Below, piece by piece: positions 12,751 to 26,321 of a stretch of 46,679 nt of DNA; position 1 is the first letter of the stretch; the number at the start of each line of letters is the position of its first letter. Source of the DNA: Psammoneis japonica (lineage: Eukaryota); assembly GCA_008632985.1 (NCBI GenBank), contig QPGO01000159.1:124001-170679 (forward strand). The letters are read 5' to 3'. The position numbers were made by a program, and so were the translations under genes. Under the pieces are notes generated by a model, which worked only from the letters and a program-made list of their open reading frames with translations, had not been told where the DNA came from and did no database searches.

Positions 12751-12990
12751 GACTCTGGAGCTGAATGCTCTTAAAGCTGAATGCTCCCAATTGCCTGCAT
12801 GTGAAGCATTTGTTGAAAATGATTGTATTATGCCTGAAAATTTACCTGAAAGTTTTGCTTTTGTTTGTTTTGAAAATCCTAACAAATTGTCGCCTGTTGA
12901 ATTTGAAGATGCTACAGAAAATTACATGAATGAAGAGGGGAACGTATTCAATCAAGATGTGCATTTGAATATAACATTCCTCTCCCCAAA

Positions 12991-15900
12991 ATGGGTTCGC
13001 AAGTCTCGCATACCGCATTGGTCCCATCAACACTACTGGTTGCCAAATCGATCCAGCATCATGAGTCGAATCATGTGATGTGTGCATTGTTTGATTCTGG
13101 TGGCTCTCACACTATGATCTCTTCTCAAGTTTTGCCTTGTGGAGCTGCACCATCTATTGATGAGCATGGAGTACGAGCCTTCCAAACCATAGCAGGTCCT
13201 TTCCAGTTGGGTTGCTGTGTGGCTCTGAGTGACATTGTGCTGCCCGAATTCAACAAGACCAGAAGGGTTGACGGTTGTGTGGCTCATGTTTTTGATGCTC
13301 CATGTGTGTATGACATCATTTTGGGTCAAGATTTCCTAGACAAAATTGGGCTCGATTTGAGTTATGACACAAGAACTCTATGTTGGTTGGACCGCATCAT
13401 TCCGATGAAGGAGCCTCGTCATTGGTCCAAGTCCTGCAACTGGCATGTTGCACTAGATCGAATGGACGGATTTGATGAAGATTACTAGGATGAATCGAAC
13501 TACAGGTATGATGATGGACACATGATAGCCACATATGCTGGATGCTAAATATGAAGCGACGGATCCTGCGGAAGTGGTTTGCAACCTAGATCACCTGATG
13601 GAAGAGCAAAAGACGAAGCTGTTAGCGGTGTTGGAAAAATACTCAACTTTGTTTGACAGAACTTTGGGCCACAATCCTTGTGAAAAGGTACACCTGGAGG
13701 TGGATGAGAATGCCATACCCTGTCACTCATAACCTTTTCCTGTTGCTCGTGTTAATGAGGAAGCATTTAAAAAGGAACTGAAGAATTTGGTGGACCCAGG
13801 AGTCTTGCGACCATGTGGACCTACGGAATGGGCAGCCAGTACTTTCATTACTCTGAAGAAGGATGGCCAAGTACGATGGGTATCTGATTTCCGTGAACTG
13901 AATAAGGTGCTCAAGCAGAAAGTCTATCCTTTACCGGTTATCCAAGTTGTACTACAGTGGAGAGCAGGATACAAATTCTTTACCAAACTCGATCTCACTA
14001 TGTTCTACTGCAATTTGGAATTGGACAATGAAAGCAAGGAGCTGGCAATGATTGCAACCCCTTGCGGAAAGTTCTAATGCTGCCGCATGGCCATGGGATT
14101 GAAACCAGCTCCAGACATTGCTCAGTCTATCATTGAAAAGATTTTACATGGTTTGGATGCTGAAACTTACATTGACGATATTGGCACCTTTGACACTGAC
14201 TTTGATTGCCATCTCTCTTGTCTTGACAAGGTGTTACATCATCTTGAAGAGAATGGATTGAAAGTTAACCCATTGAAATGTGAGTGGTGTGTCCAAGAGA
14301 CGGATTTCCCAGGGCATTGGCTCACTCCAACTGGTGTCAAACCGTGGAAGAAAAAGGTCGAAGCTATTCTCCGAATGCAACCTCCATGGAGTGTCACGCA
14401 ACTTCGCTCCTTTTTAGGAGCAGCAACCTATTGTCGTAACATGTGGCCTCATCGTTCTCACTTGCTTGCATTGGTCAGGCGCATGTCAAAAAGCATTTGA
14501 GGAAATGAAGGCAGTGATTGCAGCGGAAGCCCTCATGGCCTGTCCTAACCACAACCTACTGTTCCATGTGTGTGCTGATGCATCCGACTACCAGATGGGT
14601 GCAGCTATTATCCAAGATGGTAAACCGGTGGCGTGCTGGTCTAAAAAGCTCTCAGTGGCTCAACGTAACTATTCAACGATGGAGAAAGAACTCCTGGCCA
14701 TCGTCATGTGCTTCAAAGAATTTCGCACAATGTTGCTCGGTGCTGACATTACTGTTCATACTGACCATAAAAATCTCACCTTTCGCACTTTAAATACAAA
14801 GCGCGTCCTTCGTTGGCATCTCTTCCTCGAAGATTTCGTGCCTACTTTTAAATATGTCGAAGGCAAGGATAACGTGCTCGCCGATTGTTTCTCTCGACTC
14901 CCACACATGGATCCGCCTTCGGAGGGGAAGAGCCTTGGGCCAAGTAAACGCAAAGGAAAAATTATTCATTTTGAAAAGTTGGACAGCAGTGAATTGAGCA
15001 AGGCCGAGGAAGAAGAAGATTTGGAGTTGGGCGCTTGCAGGTTCAAGTGTTGCCGTGCTCCTGTTAATCCTTCTGATGAGTCTCATGCCTTTTCTTCTCT
15101 ACTTGATGAACCTGAATTGTTTGAATGCTTTTTGAATTATCCAACATTGGACGAAATGCCGAATCCTACCAAGATATTGTGGATACAACAGTTCCAGTTT
15201 GAGGACCAGCAACTGAATCAACAGAGACAACAGAATCCGCAGCAATTTGTGGTCAAGATTGTGAAGCAGCATCCTCTGATATGTTATCGTCTGCATTTGA
15301 ATGATCCGCCTGGAGCGTGAAAAAATTTGTATTCCGACTGCATTGTTGCCTGATATACTCGCGTGGTGTCATCGTGTGTTGGGCCATTGTGGAGTTGTTC
15401 GTTTGTACGAGAGCATTCGTACTCACATGTGTCACCCTGCATTGCGTCGGCATTGTAATGAGTTTGTATGAGACACCTGTCAACGTTTCAAACAACTTGG
15501 TTCGGGGTGTGGAGAATTGCCTGAACGCCAAGCACCATTGGCTCCATGGTCGGAAGTGGCAGTTGACCTTATTGGACCGTGGAAAATACCGATTCAAGAT
15601 CAAGAAATTGAATTCAGCGCCCTCACTTGTATTGATGCTGTTGCTGGCCTGACTGAACTCGCATGCATTGATAACAAAACACTTCTCAACATGTTGCCAA
15701 CAAGTTCCGCAACCTTTGGTTAGCTCGTTATCCCAGACCGAATCAATGTATCCATGATGACGGTGATGAATTCATTGGTTGGGAATTTCAGATGCTATTA
15801 AACCAGGCCGGTGTCGAAGATGCTCCAACAACCTCATGGAATCCTACAGCTATTTCGATTTGTGAATGAATGCACCAAATGGCAGCTGACATTTTGCGAA

Positions 15901-16330
15901 CTGTGGGTGCTGCTAACCCACCTTTGAACATTCAACAGGCCAAGCAAACAGTGGATGATGCCCTTGCTACAGCCTCCTTTGCATTGCGATGCTCTCATTC
16001 AAGGTCCATGGGTGTTTTGAGTGGAGCCCTAGCATTCCAACGAGATATGATTTTGGATCTACCTGTTCTTTCTGATCTTGCTGCTATTCAAGCCAACCGT
16101 CAAGTGCTTGTCAATGAAAACCTACAATGACAGAACGCAAAGTGCCACTCTTATGATTATTTAGTGGGACAAGGTGTGCTGATCAAGTCCGTGGATCCAG
16201 CAAAGCTAGAAGCTCGAGCTCATGGTCCGTTTCGAATTGTACAAGTCCACGCCAACGGGACAGTTTCGGTGTTGCGAGCACCACACGTTATTGAGCGGAT
16301 TAATGTTCATTGCATGGTGCCGTGTCAGAG
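12991..16330 (+). pseudogene. pol: Gypsy B pol (PR-RT-RNaseH-INT) with stops and frameshifts
   Basis: [78 protein letters not shown]. Start approximate. Confidence 0.93.
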
Positions 16331-16443
16331 TTGAGGGTTTCTTCCCAACGTCTGGGTTCCCTTCTCCATGTGCATTTGGAGTTTAAATTTGAGTCAAGTG
16401 GTTCCAATGGTGCGCGTGATTCTTGCACCATGGATGGGAAGAG

Positions 16444-16630
16444 TGAATGAGATAGGCACATGTGCTCTATGACCGAGTGTGTGCCCTCTCTGATGCATGT
16501 ATGTTAACTAACGTATTAGATATTCAAGAGGCTGTTAGAAGTCAGTTCCGATCAGCGATTGCGCTGATCGGGTCTCTTCTCGGTTCTCTCACAACCTGTT
16601 TTATCAAGTCATCTCAAGCTAGATCTTGCA
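16444..16630 (+). repeat. Gypsy B 3' LTR (187 bp)
   Basis: Direct repeat of 10977-11161, preceded by the PPT. Confidence 0.95.
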
Positions 16631-16759
16631 GCCCACATAAAACAACAACAGTCATTGCCAATGGCACAATACAGTTAACGTGGAGACATTATTGACACTG
16701 TCAATGTCCGTCGAATAATTCCACTTAAGGAATAACTAATGTGCAATTAGGGAGGCCAA

Positions 16760-17126
16760 TGCAGTATGCGCTTGTTACACGCATATTTATAATTATGTGT
16801 TATTTATATGTCAATCGTACCACAGTCGTGGATGCGTATGAAGGACAGAACGATCACACAGAGTTGATCGGATGTCAAAAATTGCAAATACGAACGATTG
16901 ACGATGTTGACATCTTACGTGTCAATAGCAATCATATCCGGACAATCTGTTGTCATGATTATATTCTCCGAAAGGCCTTTTGTCTGTAGAAGCAGTACAG
17001 AAGCTTTAGACCATTGAGAACTTGTTCAGAGAAACCAAAAATCACAGAGTAAAATTTAATCTCACAATTTCCACTTTTCGTACTTTATTCTACTTTCGTT
17101 TATACTTGTTCTTCGAGCATAGTGCA
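16760..17126 (+). repeat. 3' LTR of Gypsy A2 copy 3
   Basis: Reverse complement of the 4675-5047 LTR; TGCA termini. Confidence 0.92.
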
Positions 17127-18233
17127 GCCCAGAGTTGAGGTGTGGCGGTCCAGGGAAAGTTGTTTCCAGGCCGTGTTAGAGTGGGCAAGGAGGTCGGAAG
17201 GGGCGAGCAGTGAATGTTAGCAAAGGCAGAGAAGGATGCTTGAGAGTTGGAGAAGGAGGATGGGTTTGTCCAGGGTGGTTTGGGAGGAAGGGGTGGGACG
17301 GAGGCAGTTGTTGAAGAGGAGGAGCCGAAGAAAAAGACATGAAAATGGGTGTCCAATGCCGCCCAGGTGGTCGAATGTAAAAGGGAGGAGGAAGAGTCCA
17401 GCTTGGTTGATGGCGTCAATGACATCAGAGCTGGGGGCAGATTGTGCAGAGCAACCAAGAAGCTTGGGTGCAGGAAGCGGGGGAGCAGGTGGTGCGATGA
17501 CATCAACAGCCAAGAAGTGATGAGTGGATGGGGCATTGGGTGGTGTGGAGCCAGGAGTGAGTTGAACGCCGACGTCAGCAGAGCATTTGAGGGGGTGGTC
17601 AGCCAGGAGACTGGCTGGTTCAAGGTAGACTTGTTGACTGGAGAGGCACAGGCTGCAAAGGGGGCCCAGGGTGTCGATGATGGTACAGACGGTGTCGCGG
17701 ATGTGGTTGGATAGCGGGCTTTTATGCATTTTGAAGCATGCAAAGGCGTGGTCTCTGAAAGTGTTGGGGCGGGTGTGACCGCATGGGCAGTCATGTTGGA
17801 GTAGAGTGGAGGAGATCATTGGGAGGCGTAGCTTGTGGAGGAGAAAGAGTGTGAAAAGGTGTGATGGAAATCAGTTGGCAGCAGAGGATTGGGAGAGAGA
17901 GTGCAGGCAAAGGCTTGTTAGAGGAGATAGAAGGGATGGAAGGGCTGGTTGCATGGAAGGATCAGCAAGGATCAGAGGAAGGGTGTTGGTTTTATGGTGG
18001 TATAAATGAAGGCGTTGTGCAAGACCATGCAGGTTGTGGTGTTTGATGGCATGCTTGAGAGAGGCGAAGGAGGGAGAGTCGAAATGGAGGAGAATGGGAG
18101 CATAGTGACGGAAGATGCAGTAGAGGGAGAGGGTGGAGCGTGGGTTAGACCATGAGCCAAGAGCAGTAGAATGGCTTGGAGGGAGGTGAAAGACGTTGCC
18201 ACTGGTGAGTGGGATGCCATGCATGGTGTAGCA
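17127..18233 (-). mobile_element. Non-LTR retrotransposon remnant, CRE-like C-terminus (zinc finger plus restriction-like endonuclease)
   Basis: CPCG...DHAFAC...NHIRD...EP...CSADVG (RPAD-like)...LAVDV...LLPFTFDHLGGIG is the layout of RLE-encoding early-branching LINEs. Boundaries are set by the neighbouring elements. Confidence 0.65.
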
Positions 18234-19256
18234 TGTTGATTTTGTCAGAGAAGTTGACAGGATTTGAACAAGATTTTAGTTTATCACACATAATTATGTG
18301 TGCTCTTAGTTCTGCACGCGTCACGAGATGTAGTTTGCTTTCGAGCCACACGGCTCACAAGAATAACAACAGTAGCACCAACATCACGACACCAGTCTTT
18401 CGGCTCCTGTAACGGTCTCTGCACAGAGACTCATCTGCCATTTAGACCGCAGCAAGGAGTTATTGTTTTCTTCCACCCCAGTCATCATCTTCATTTTCTG
18501 TCAGACAAACAGTCTTGCTCATTCTTACCCATTGAGCATTCATCATTGTCATCGAGAAATTTCCAACGACACGCACCGTTGGTGGTGGAAGTATATATCT
18601 ACATTCTTCACTGCTGGATACTGGATTAAATCTATACGTTTGGATTTATCCAACACCTTTCATCGTTGCATATATTTGTTCAACGGATATTTGTTTGGTC
18701 AGGAATTCCCGAATTCTCAGACATCCGAGATCCAACTCTGGCTCTGCTCCACGCACGCCAAGTCTACCACCTCCTATCTACACCGGATTGCTGGTCTTCT
18801 ACAGTCCTACAAGGTCCACGAGGACAACTGTGAGAGGAAGTAGTTCGTGATCACAGGCTACATTGGGGCGAGGGTGCATTTCCCATGTTTGTTCATCCCT
18901 CCACAGTGCCAAATTTGGCCGGCCTGATCAGGTTATCCAACCAATATAAAATAAGAACAGTTCAGAGGTCTTGTCCACCTCTAGAGTTAGCTTGTCAGCA
19001 GAGGTTTTTAACCCGTTACTCCACTCTCAAGCAACCCAAAGCGTCACCAGCTGCGGGTTTGGACGTGCCGGCAGAACTCTGCTGACCGGATAGGAAGCTT
19101 AGCACTTAACTACGAATGGGATGTCATAGCCCGGCGGCTTCTGACTCATAAGATAGTTCAAGACTGCAAGTCAAGATTCAAGTCAAGTTTCAAGTTATTT
19201 CAAGCTCACCCTCAAACTCCAGCTAGCCCCGAGCGACATCCACACCCAGTTGCAAC

Positions 19257-21333
19257 ATGGTTCTCACCAGGCAACAACAAATCGATGGCCACGAGCACAT
19301 CCTAGGCACTGTCCTGAATCAAGCCACAGACAGTCCATTGCGCTCCGCCCTCAACATTGACGGAACCGATTCGCATCAGGACCTTTTCACTTTTACTCCG
19401 ATGCAATTGGATGCCCTTGTGTACAACAACAGCACCAATCAATTGCCTTTGCCACGTGGTTACAAAGCACAGATAGCTGCGCTGATTAGCCTGTACACTG
19501 TAAAAGCACGCGGCAGCGCGGATGTTAGCAACGACCCTCAATTGTTCACACACGAGGAGTTCACCAACTGTTGTCTTAGTCCTGAGTGTGTAGTGTCCCT
19601 CTCCATGGGTACAGCACCATCTGCTCCCACTCATGGCTCGTTGCCACCCAAACCATGTGATCCCATGTGTGACTTTAAATGAGGCATCAAGCGTGACCCA
19701 CTTACCTTCGTGCTTCTCAAGTCTGACAAACAGTGGCACACGTGACACACCTCCATCATTGCACAGGCCCGCTCCCAGGACATCAACCGCATTCTGGATC
19801 CAACGTACAAGCCCTCTACAGCTGAGGACAAGGCCCTGTTTGATGAGCAACAGAAGTACATGTTTGCCGCATTCGAACGTATCTTGCAGAATGACAAAGG
19901 CAAGGCACTTGTTCGTCAACATGTTGGCTCCTCTGATGCTCAAGCAGTGCACCGTGACCTCTCCAAGTATGCCCTTACTTCTGCTTGAGCATCCCTGGAG
20001 TCCTCAACCCTTCTCACGTACCTCACCACTGCTCCCCTCAGTGATGGCACCTGGAAAGGATCCACTCATGCCTTCACACTTCACTGGCAGGACCAGCTCT
20101 GCAAGTGTGAAGCTCTTATCCCAGGTACGGACCATTTCTCTGCTGGCCAGAAACATGTCATGGTTGAGAACGCCATTCATCCTGTTGAAGAACTCTGTTT
20201 GGTAGAGAATCAGGCTGATCAGTTCCGCACGCAGAATGGCAAGGGCCTTTCTTATGAGGAGCACGTTCACCCCCAAGACGGCTCCTTGCACTCCGTGCCG
20301 TGCCATCTACAAACATGACCTGGTCCCCAACGACCCTGACGATGATGTGTCCTTCAACATCAACAGTGATGTTGACGTCATCCAATCTTGTGCTGCGCAG
20401 ACTTGTGGCAACTCCCTCACCAGGGAACAATGGCGTCGCATTCCGCCAGACCATCAGCGGCGCATTTGGGACACCTTGCCCCAGTCCACCAAGGCCATCA
20501 TTCTTGGCTCGCACAACGCCCACACCGGCAACTGCCATGACTTGATGGTGGTCAACCTGCATGACCTTCGTCTTGGCAGTGACGCCAACGTCAACTTGTC
20601 TGCCAATGCCCATGATCTGGCATCGGCCCTCGCACCACCCGACGCTGCCGCCAACACAGCCGATGCTAACCCCATCCTGGCCCATCTCACATGGCGCAAG
20701 CCTTTACCACCCGGTGATTTGCAATGCCTCCTGGCACCTGGACACCCCCCCTCCGCCCCCTCTGGTGAGAAACCTCCCGGATCTCCACCTTCTGTCCACT
20801 CTGACAACAAATCCAACAGATCTGTGTCCTTCCGTACCGCCGACACTGACATTGAGCTTAACGGTCGTAAACACCATCGTGTCAACAACCACAATGTGGT
20901 CTGCTCTGGCTCGACCCACAAGTCAACTCGCAAAGGCACTCTCGTGGATGGTGGTGCAAACGGTGGTGTTGCCGGTGATGATGTTCGTGTCATTGCCTGC
21001 ACTGGTCGCCAGGTTGACGTCGAAGGTGTCGACGATCACCAACTGGTCAACATTCCCATTGTCACTGCCGGTGGTGTCATCCACACACAACGCGGCCCTG
21101 CCATTGCCATCCTTCACCAGTGTGCCTGCAATGGAAAGGGGAAGATGATACACTCTTGCGGCCAGCTCGAGTGGTGCAAACACGACATCAACGATCGGTC
21201 CATCAAGGTCCCCAATGGTCTGCAGCGTGTCACCACCATTGATGGATGTGTCATTCCCATTGACATTAAAGCTGGCCTTCCGTACATCACCACACGCCCG
21301 TACACCGACGCCAAATGGGACAACCTGCCGCAT
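19257..21333 (+). pseudogene. Copia-I gag-protease portion
   Basis: MVLTRQQ..., F(K)*GIKRD, WKGSTH.F..HWQDQL, LVDGGANGGVAGDDVRVI, GLQRVTTIDG.VIPIDIK.GLPYI. Stops and an internal deletion near 20265. Confidence 0.85.
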
Positions 21334-21441
21334 TGCAGCATGCATGCAGACAAAAGGTCATTTTTGTCACGACCTTTGTGACATTTAAACTGTAACACGT
21401 CACCGTGATACATTAACTCTTATAAGTAACTGGATGTTGCA
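21334..21441 (-). repeat. TRIM 3' LTR (108 bp)
   Basis: Direct repeat of 33828-33934, adjacent to the PPT. Confidence 0.92.
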
Positions 21442-21594
21442 CTCCTCCCCATGTATCACGCGACCGATGCGGCTCTTACTAACGTGACACGACACTGAAT
21501 GTGTTTGGTGGAACAGTGTGGGTACGTGCGAAGGAACATACAGAACTTGTGTAGAGTTTTACGCGTTCAACAGTGATCAACGTTGCTGCAGACA

Positions 21595-21648
21595 ACTCCC
21601 ACTCAGGGTTTCGAACCCCTGGCCTTCTGCCTAATAGTTGCCGTACGT
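21595..21648 (-). promoter_or_regulatory. 3' half of a tRNA-like sequence with Pol III B box
   Basis: Minus strand GCAGAAGGCCAGGGGTTCGAAACCCTG. B box GGTTCGAAACC at 21607-21617 sits within a T-arm-like hairpin. Confidence 0.75.
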
Positions 21649-22029
21649 TGCACTATGCTCGAAGAACGAGTGTAAACGAAAGTAGAACGAAGTTCAAAAA
21701 GTGAAAATTATGAGAATTATTTCTACTCGATCATTTTGGGTTTCTCCGAACGGGTTCTCAATAGCCTAAACCTTTTGTACTGCTCCTACAGACAAAAGGC
21801 CTTTCGGAGAATACGATCGTGACAACAGATTGTCCGGATACGATTGATATTGACACATAAGATGTCAACATCATCGTACAGTCGCATTTGCGATTCTCGA
21901 CATCCGATCAACTCTGTGTGATTGATCTGTCCTTCGTACGAACCCACGATTGACGTACGATTGGAATATAAGTTTATTTAATATATTCATATACATATAT
22001 ATATAACGTACATAACAACGCACATTGCA
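21649..22029 (-). repeat. Gypsy A1 3' LTR (381 bp)
   Basis: Direct repeat of 33417-33795. Confidence 0.96.
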
Positions 22030-22055
22030 TTCGCCTCCCTAATTGCACATCAGAG

Positions 22056-25014
22056 TCAGTCGTTAAACGGTATTATCCGACGGATATTGACAGTGTCAAT
22101 GACGTCACCGCGTTTGATCTGTACTGTGCCATTAGTGTTTACCGTTGTTACTACATACGGTCCAACATAGGGCTGTTCTAATTTCTGCGAGTCTTTTTCG
22201 AGTAGTATCTTCTCTCCTACTCTGTTATTTAAAATTTCTTGTTTTCGCTGCTGGATTAATTTCCAGTCTGCAGCATGTTGGACGTTAAATATCATGTCTC
22301 TGTTAAAGACCAATTGTCCAGGTGTAGCTTGCGTAGTATGATACGTAGAACGTACTGCAAATGCTGCTGCTGACAATATTCCAGCGAAGGGATCCTCAGT
22401 ATCCAGCAGTGTGTGTTGCAAATCAAGTGTACGGATCATATTTCCGAGCACTTGATGTACGCGTTCAATAATTGCGTTTGCTTGTGGGTGTGTAGTTATA
22501 GGCTTGACTTTAATGCCATAGTCCTCTTGCACCATGTCTTTGAATTGGTGTCCGATGAACTCACTTCCACGATCATATGTAATTAATGATGGCCAAGGAT
22601 ATCTACTTAACCATGTTCATTCTAGTAATCCAGCTACAGTTATGGATTCCTTATTTGGGATTTCCACAACTTCAAACCATCCGGTTGCTGGATCAATCAT
22701 TGTTAAACATTTCAGGACTAGGGGTTCTTTCTTTCCCTTACGACGTATTTTGTATGGCCCAATAAGGTCCACACATAGTCGTTCCCATGGCACTGATTCT
22801 GCGCACTTAGGAGGTAAATGTCCATATTTCCTGTGTTTCTTTTTGAATTTCTGGCACGTCTCACATCTCGACACGTATTTTCGTATGTCTTCACGTAAGG
22901 TGGACCACCATAAGTGTTGTGAGATTGTCTCTTCTGTTCGATTTATGCCAGGGTGAAGAAGGTACGTATGACACCAATCGATCACTGCCTTTTGTAACGT
23001 CCTTGGAATGACGATTTTATCCTTATGATGTGTGTTTTCTCACAGTGAGTCGGCTGATCGCATCTGCGACAATATTTGCCTTGCCCTCAAGGTATGTTAT
23101 TTTGGGACTGTATTCTTCTATTATTAGATGCCAACGCATGACTCTGTCCAAGGTGAAATTTTTATGTGTGAGATTTTTGTGATCCGTATGTATATTTATC
23201 TGTTGGCCAAACAGCACATTTCGGAACTCCTTTAAGGTCTCCACTATGGACAACAGTTCTTTTTCTGTTGTAGTATAACACGTCTGCGCTCCATTCAGCT
23301 TACGGCTGTAGAAGGCAATTGGGCGGTTTTTCTGCGTAATAACCGCCCCCAATTGAGAATTACTCGCATCAGCATATATCTCAAAGGGTATGTTGAAATT
23401 CGGATAGGACAATAATATATCTTTGGAGATTATGCGCTTCATATTTTCGAAGGCTTTTTGTTCTGTTTCGGTCCATTGCCACTTTACTTGGGTTGAAGTG
23501 AGTTTGGCTAAAGGAGCTAGAACATGAGATCGTCGAGGCCACATGTCTCAATAGTAGTTGATCAGACCGATAAAGCAGAGCAATTCCTTACGAGTCTTAG
23601 GAGTTGCGATCGCGTGAATCGCTTCTACTTTTTTTGGAATCGGACTGATACCGTTACGGGTGATGTGGAAGCCTAGATAGTCTACTTCGGGTTTAGCGAA
23701 AAAGGACTTTTCGGCGTTGACCTTCAATCCGGCTTGTTCTAGGCATAAAAACACCGTCTCAAGCTTCTTGAGGTGGTCTTGAAAATCACCTTTCGTAAGG
23801 CACAACACATCGTCAACATAAGTTCTGACGAACTCTAGACCTGCCATGAGCTCACTCATGTGCTCTTGGAAAATGTCTGGAGCTCCACAGATTCCCATAG
23901 GGAGTCTACAGCACTCACATTTGCCCCAAGGCATAACAATCGTGCACAAACGACGTGCATGCGGCGTCAGCTCGATATGATAGTATCCCATATTCAAATC
24001 TAGGGATGTTGCGTACATGAAACCTTCAAGCTTCTGTAGCATATCCTGAACATTGGGTGGAGGAAGCGGAGTGCGTATTAACCTCTTATTTAGCTCACGA
24101 AAGTCAGATAGGAACCGAACTCGACCATTTTTCTTGGGTTGAATAAAGGTTGGAGCAGCCCATTCAGAACAATTTATTTTTCTTAAGACCTTTAACTTGC
24201 ATAGTCTTTCAACCTCCTTACGAGCAGTCGCCTCCAAGGCTTGTGGTACGGGAAATGGTTTGGCATGATACGGACTCACGCCCGATTTCAACTTTAAATC
24301 CACCGGTTTCCCGGTCCACTTGCCTAGAGAACCATCGAAAAGGTATTCAAATCTTTTTAAGAGGAAGTTTAGTTGTTTCTGCTCTTCAGGAGTTAGATGA
24401 GTAGCTGCTGCTGTCACATTATTGAGGTTTGCGGCGTGAAAGTCTGAGTCAAGGATCCGATTGACCCTGTCATTAAGACTAATCACTGCATGAGATTCCT
24501 CAATATGATCGGCAATCAACTTAAAAACATCGGCATCGAAGAGTGTATCAACATTCTTCATAGGAGTAGTTGCATCTTCCCATTTGATCTCTTCATTCGA
24601 GAAGTCTAACATTATCCCAAGACTCGACATTAAGTCGCGTCCCATGATCATATCATAAGGACTCGAAGAAGAAGAGGAATTATCAACATATGCCATTGTT
24701 TCGATCATCTTATGTTTATCAAATTCGGGTAAGGAGAATTGGGTTTTACATTGACTATCAGTCGTAAAGAGCCCTCCTTTGGTTTCCCAGAGTTTGGTGG
24801 CGGATACTTTGGTTCTGAGTTTCCGCATGAATTTGCGCAAAATTATGGTTGACGATGTTCCGCTATCGAGGAGAACGCGTAGTGGCTTATTTTTCGCTTT
24901 ACCTAAGGAGGTATTCATATAAGCGATGACTGCTGGACTAGCATGAGTTATTTTGGCCCTTTTTCCGGACTTCCTAATATCCAGTAAAGCATAAGACTCC
25001 TCTTGCGGTGCAAG
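22056..25014 (-). pseudogene. pol: Gypsy A1 pol (PR-RT-RNaseH-INT)
   Basis: [43 protein letters not shown]...CETC, CVDLIGP, YDRGSEF, NAIIER, GPY. Two TGA stops (e.g. 23548, CGA in A3) and a ~200-bp deletion near 23035 relative to A3. Confidence 0.95.
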
Positions 25015-25926
25015 TCATTCCTCGGAATCGCTGCGTGTCAATTTTTCAAACTGATAATTCTCCTCGTCAAGGGTGTCAGAGTCACAGTCTTTGCTCTTGC
25101 GCTTCTCATTGTTGTTCGAAGAACTCGCTTTGAGTATTTTTTGAACTGCTTGGACCGCCATAGCATTCAACTCTTCTTTGCGAGCGGCATTATCTTTATC
25201 GCAACGAGACCACGTGCGATTGCCATTTGAACGGCGCCATTTTGGATCGGGTTCATAGTTCCCATGGCGTTCTTTCGCAAGTCTTTTAATCGACCAGCAC
25301 TTGTCTGTGTTATGAGTGGACTTTTCGCATGAAATGCACCACTTATCGGACTGAGATTGTTCGGCACCATGTTGGTGACCATTTTTGGAACCACGTTTGG
25401 AACCATTCTTGGCTTTCGATCCAGCACTGTTGCTGGGATCAGCCTTGGCATGAATGCCGTCAAATATGTCCTCCGCGACCTCTAGGTGCTCCAAAAACTC
25501 AACCAACTCATCATAGGTATGTTTCAAAATTTCGAAACCCTGGACGGTCGACTGACGCTGCCACTTTCGAGGTGCAAGGTTGAAGAGGATGTCCTTGAGC
25601 TCGTCCTCCTCAATCTTCTGATCCTTTCCAAAGGGAGGATAGAACTTGAGATCTTCGTTGACTTCCTGGACCCAGGCAGCAATCTCGAGAACTTTCATCG
25701 ACTCGGGCTTCTTGAGATCGCGACGCAAATAGCGTTTCTGAACCGAAAGTGCGTTCTTGGGAAACACATTCTTCGTGAGATGCTGCAGGCATTTCTCGAA
25801 GCTTCCTTCCGTAGATTTGTCTTCAATGTTCGTCGCCGCATTCTCAAAAGCACGTAGAGCGTCTCCTTGCAGCAACATGCGCATGAGACGGAACTTATCG
25901 ACTTGCTTGCTGACATTCTGGCCCAC

Positions 25927-26096
25927 TGTCTTGTGAAGATATTGTGAGCTTTAGAGGCTTACTACTTCTACGGTCTATGATCTATCCACGTCAGTCACTT
26001 CAGAGGTATCTTCGACATCATCCTACTGAGTCAGCACGAGCTATTCTCTACGAGGTACAGTCTGTCCGTCTGTACGTCGTACGGCTGACCGTGACA
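25927..26096 (-). repeat. Copia-II 3' LTR
   Basis: Direct repeat of 32963-33132. Confidence 0.96.
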
Positions 26097-26321
26097 CTCC
26101 CTCGTGTCGACGAGGGCTCTGTTAAGTAATGTAAGAGAAGCTAAGCCGATGAAGCAATATCTTTACTAAGCCTCTAGAGCATCCCTAGAAAGTGTCTAGG
26201 GTGTGTCTAGGGTTTGTCTCTCCCTCGTGCTTCGAGGAGAAGCGAAATAATGGTGCCATTTGCACAAGTCAAAAATGCTGTTTTTGTCGTATTCTGCAGC
26301 CGCGTTGAACTGCTTACAGGG

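Larger units (their letters stand above)
10977..16630 (+). mobile_element. Gypsy family B LTR retrotransposon, structurally complete but mutated
   Basis: LTRs 10977-11161 and 16444-16630 (TG...CA). 5-bp TSD GCCTA/GCCCA. PPT GGATGGGAAGAG. Domain order gag-PR-RT-RH-INT. Confidence 0.95.
10033..17126 (+). mobile_element. Gypsy family A2 copy 3 (degenerate RNaseH end, integrase, PPT, 3' LTR), split by Gypsy B
   Basis: CAGTCCC..ATAACATACATCGAGGGCAAGGCGAATGTTGT matches the A1/A3 RNaseH end. The integrase tail (RPYTG|PHKTTTVIANGTIQ) resumes after 16630. PPT TAGGGAGGCCAA, then LTR 16760-17126. Confidence 0.82.

Noticed and set aside
12082..12885. 267-aa hydrophobic antisense ORF and other overlapping ORFs
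   Set aside because: Shadow frames of the low-complexity (AAC/GGT) gag tail. TpA depletion also lowers stop frequency in all frames.
18285..18302. 18-bp perfect palindrome CACACATAATTATGTGTG
   Set aside because: Single instance in a putative LTR. Plausibly a TA-run altered by TpA->CA/TG changes; no function supportable.
21595..21648. Functional tRNA gene
   Set aside because: Split by a 12-kb insertion. Even when rejoined, the acceptor and anticodon stems do not pair properly, so it is treated as a tRNA-derived promoter.
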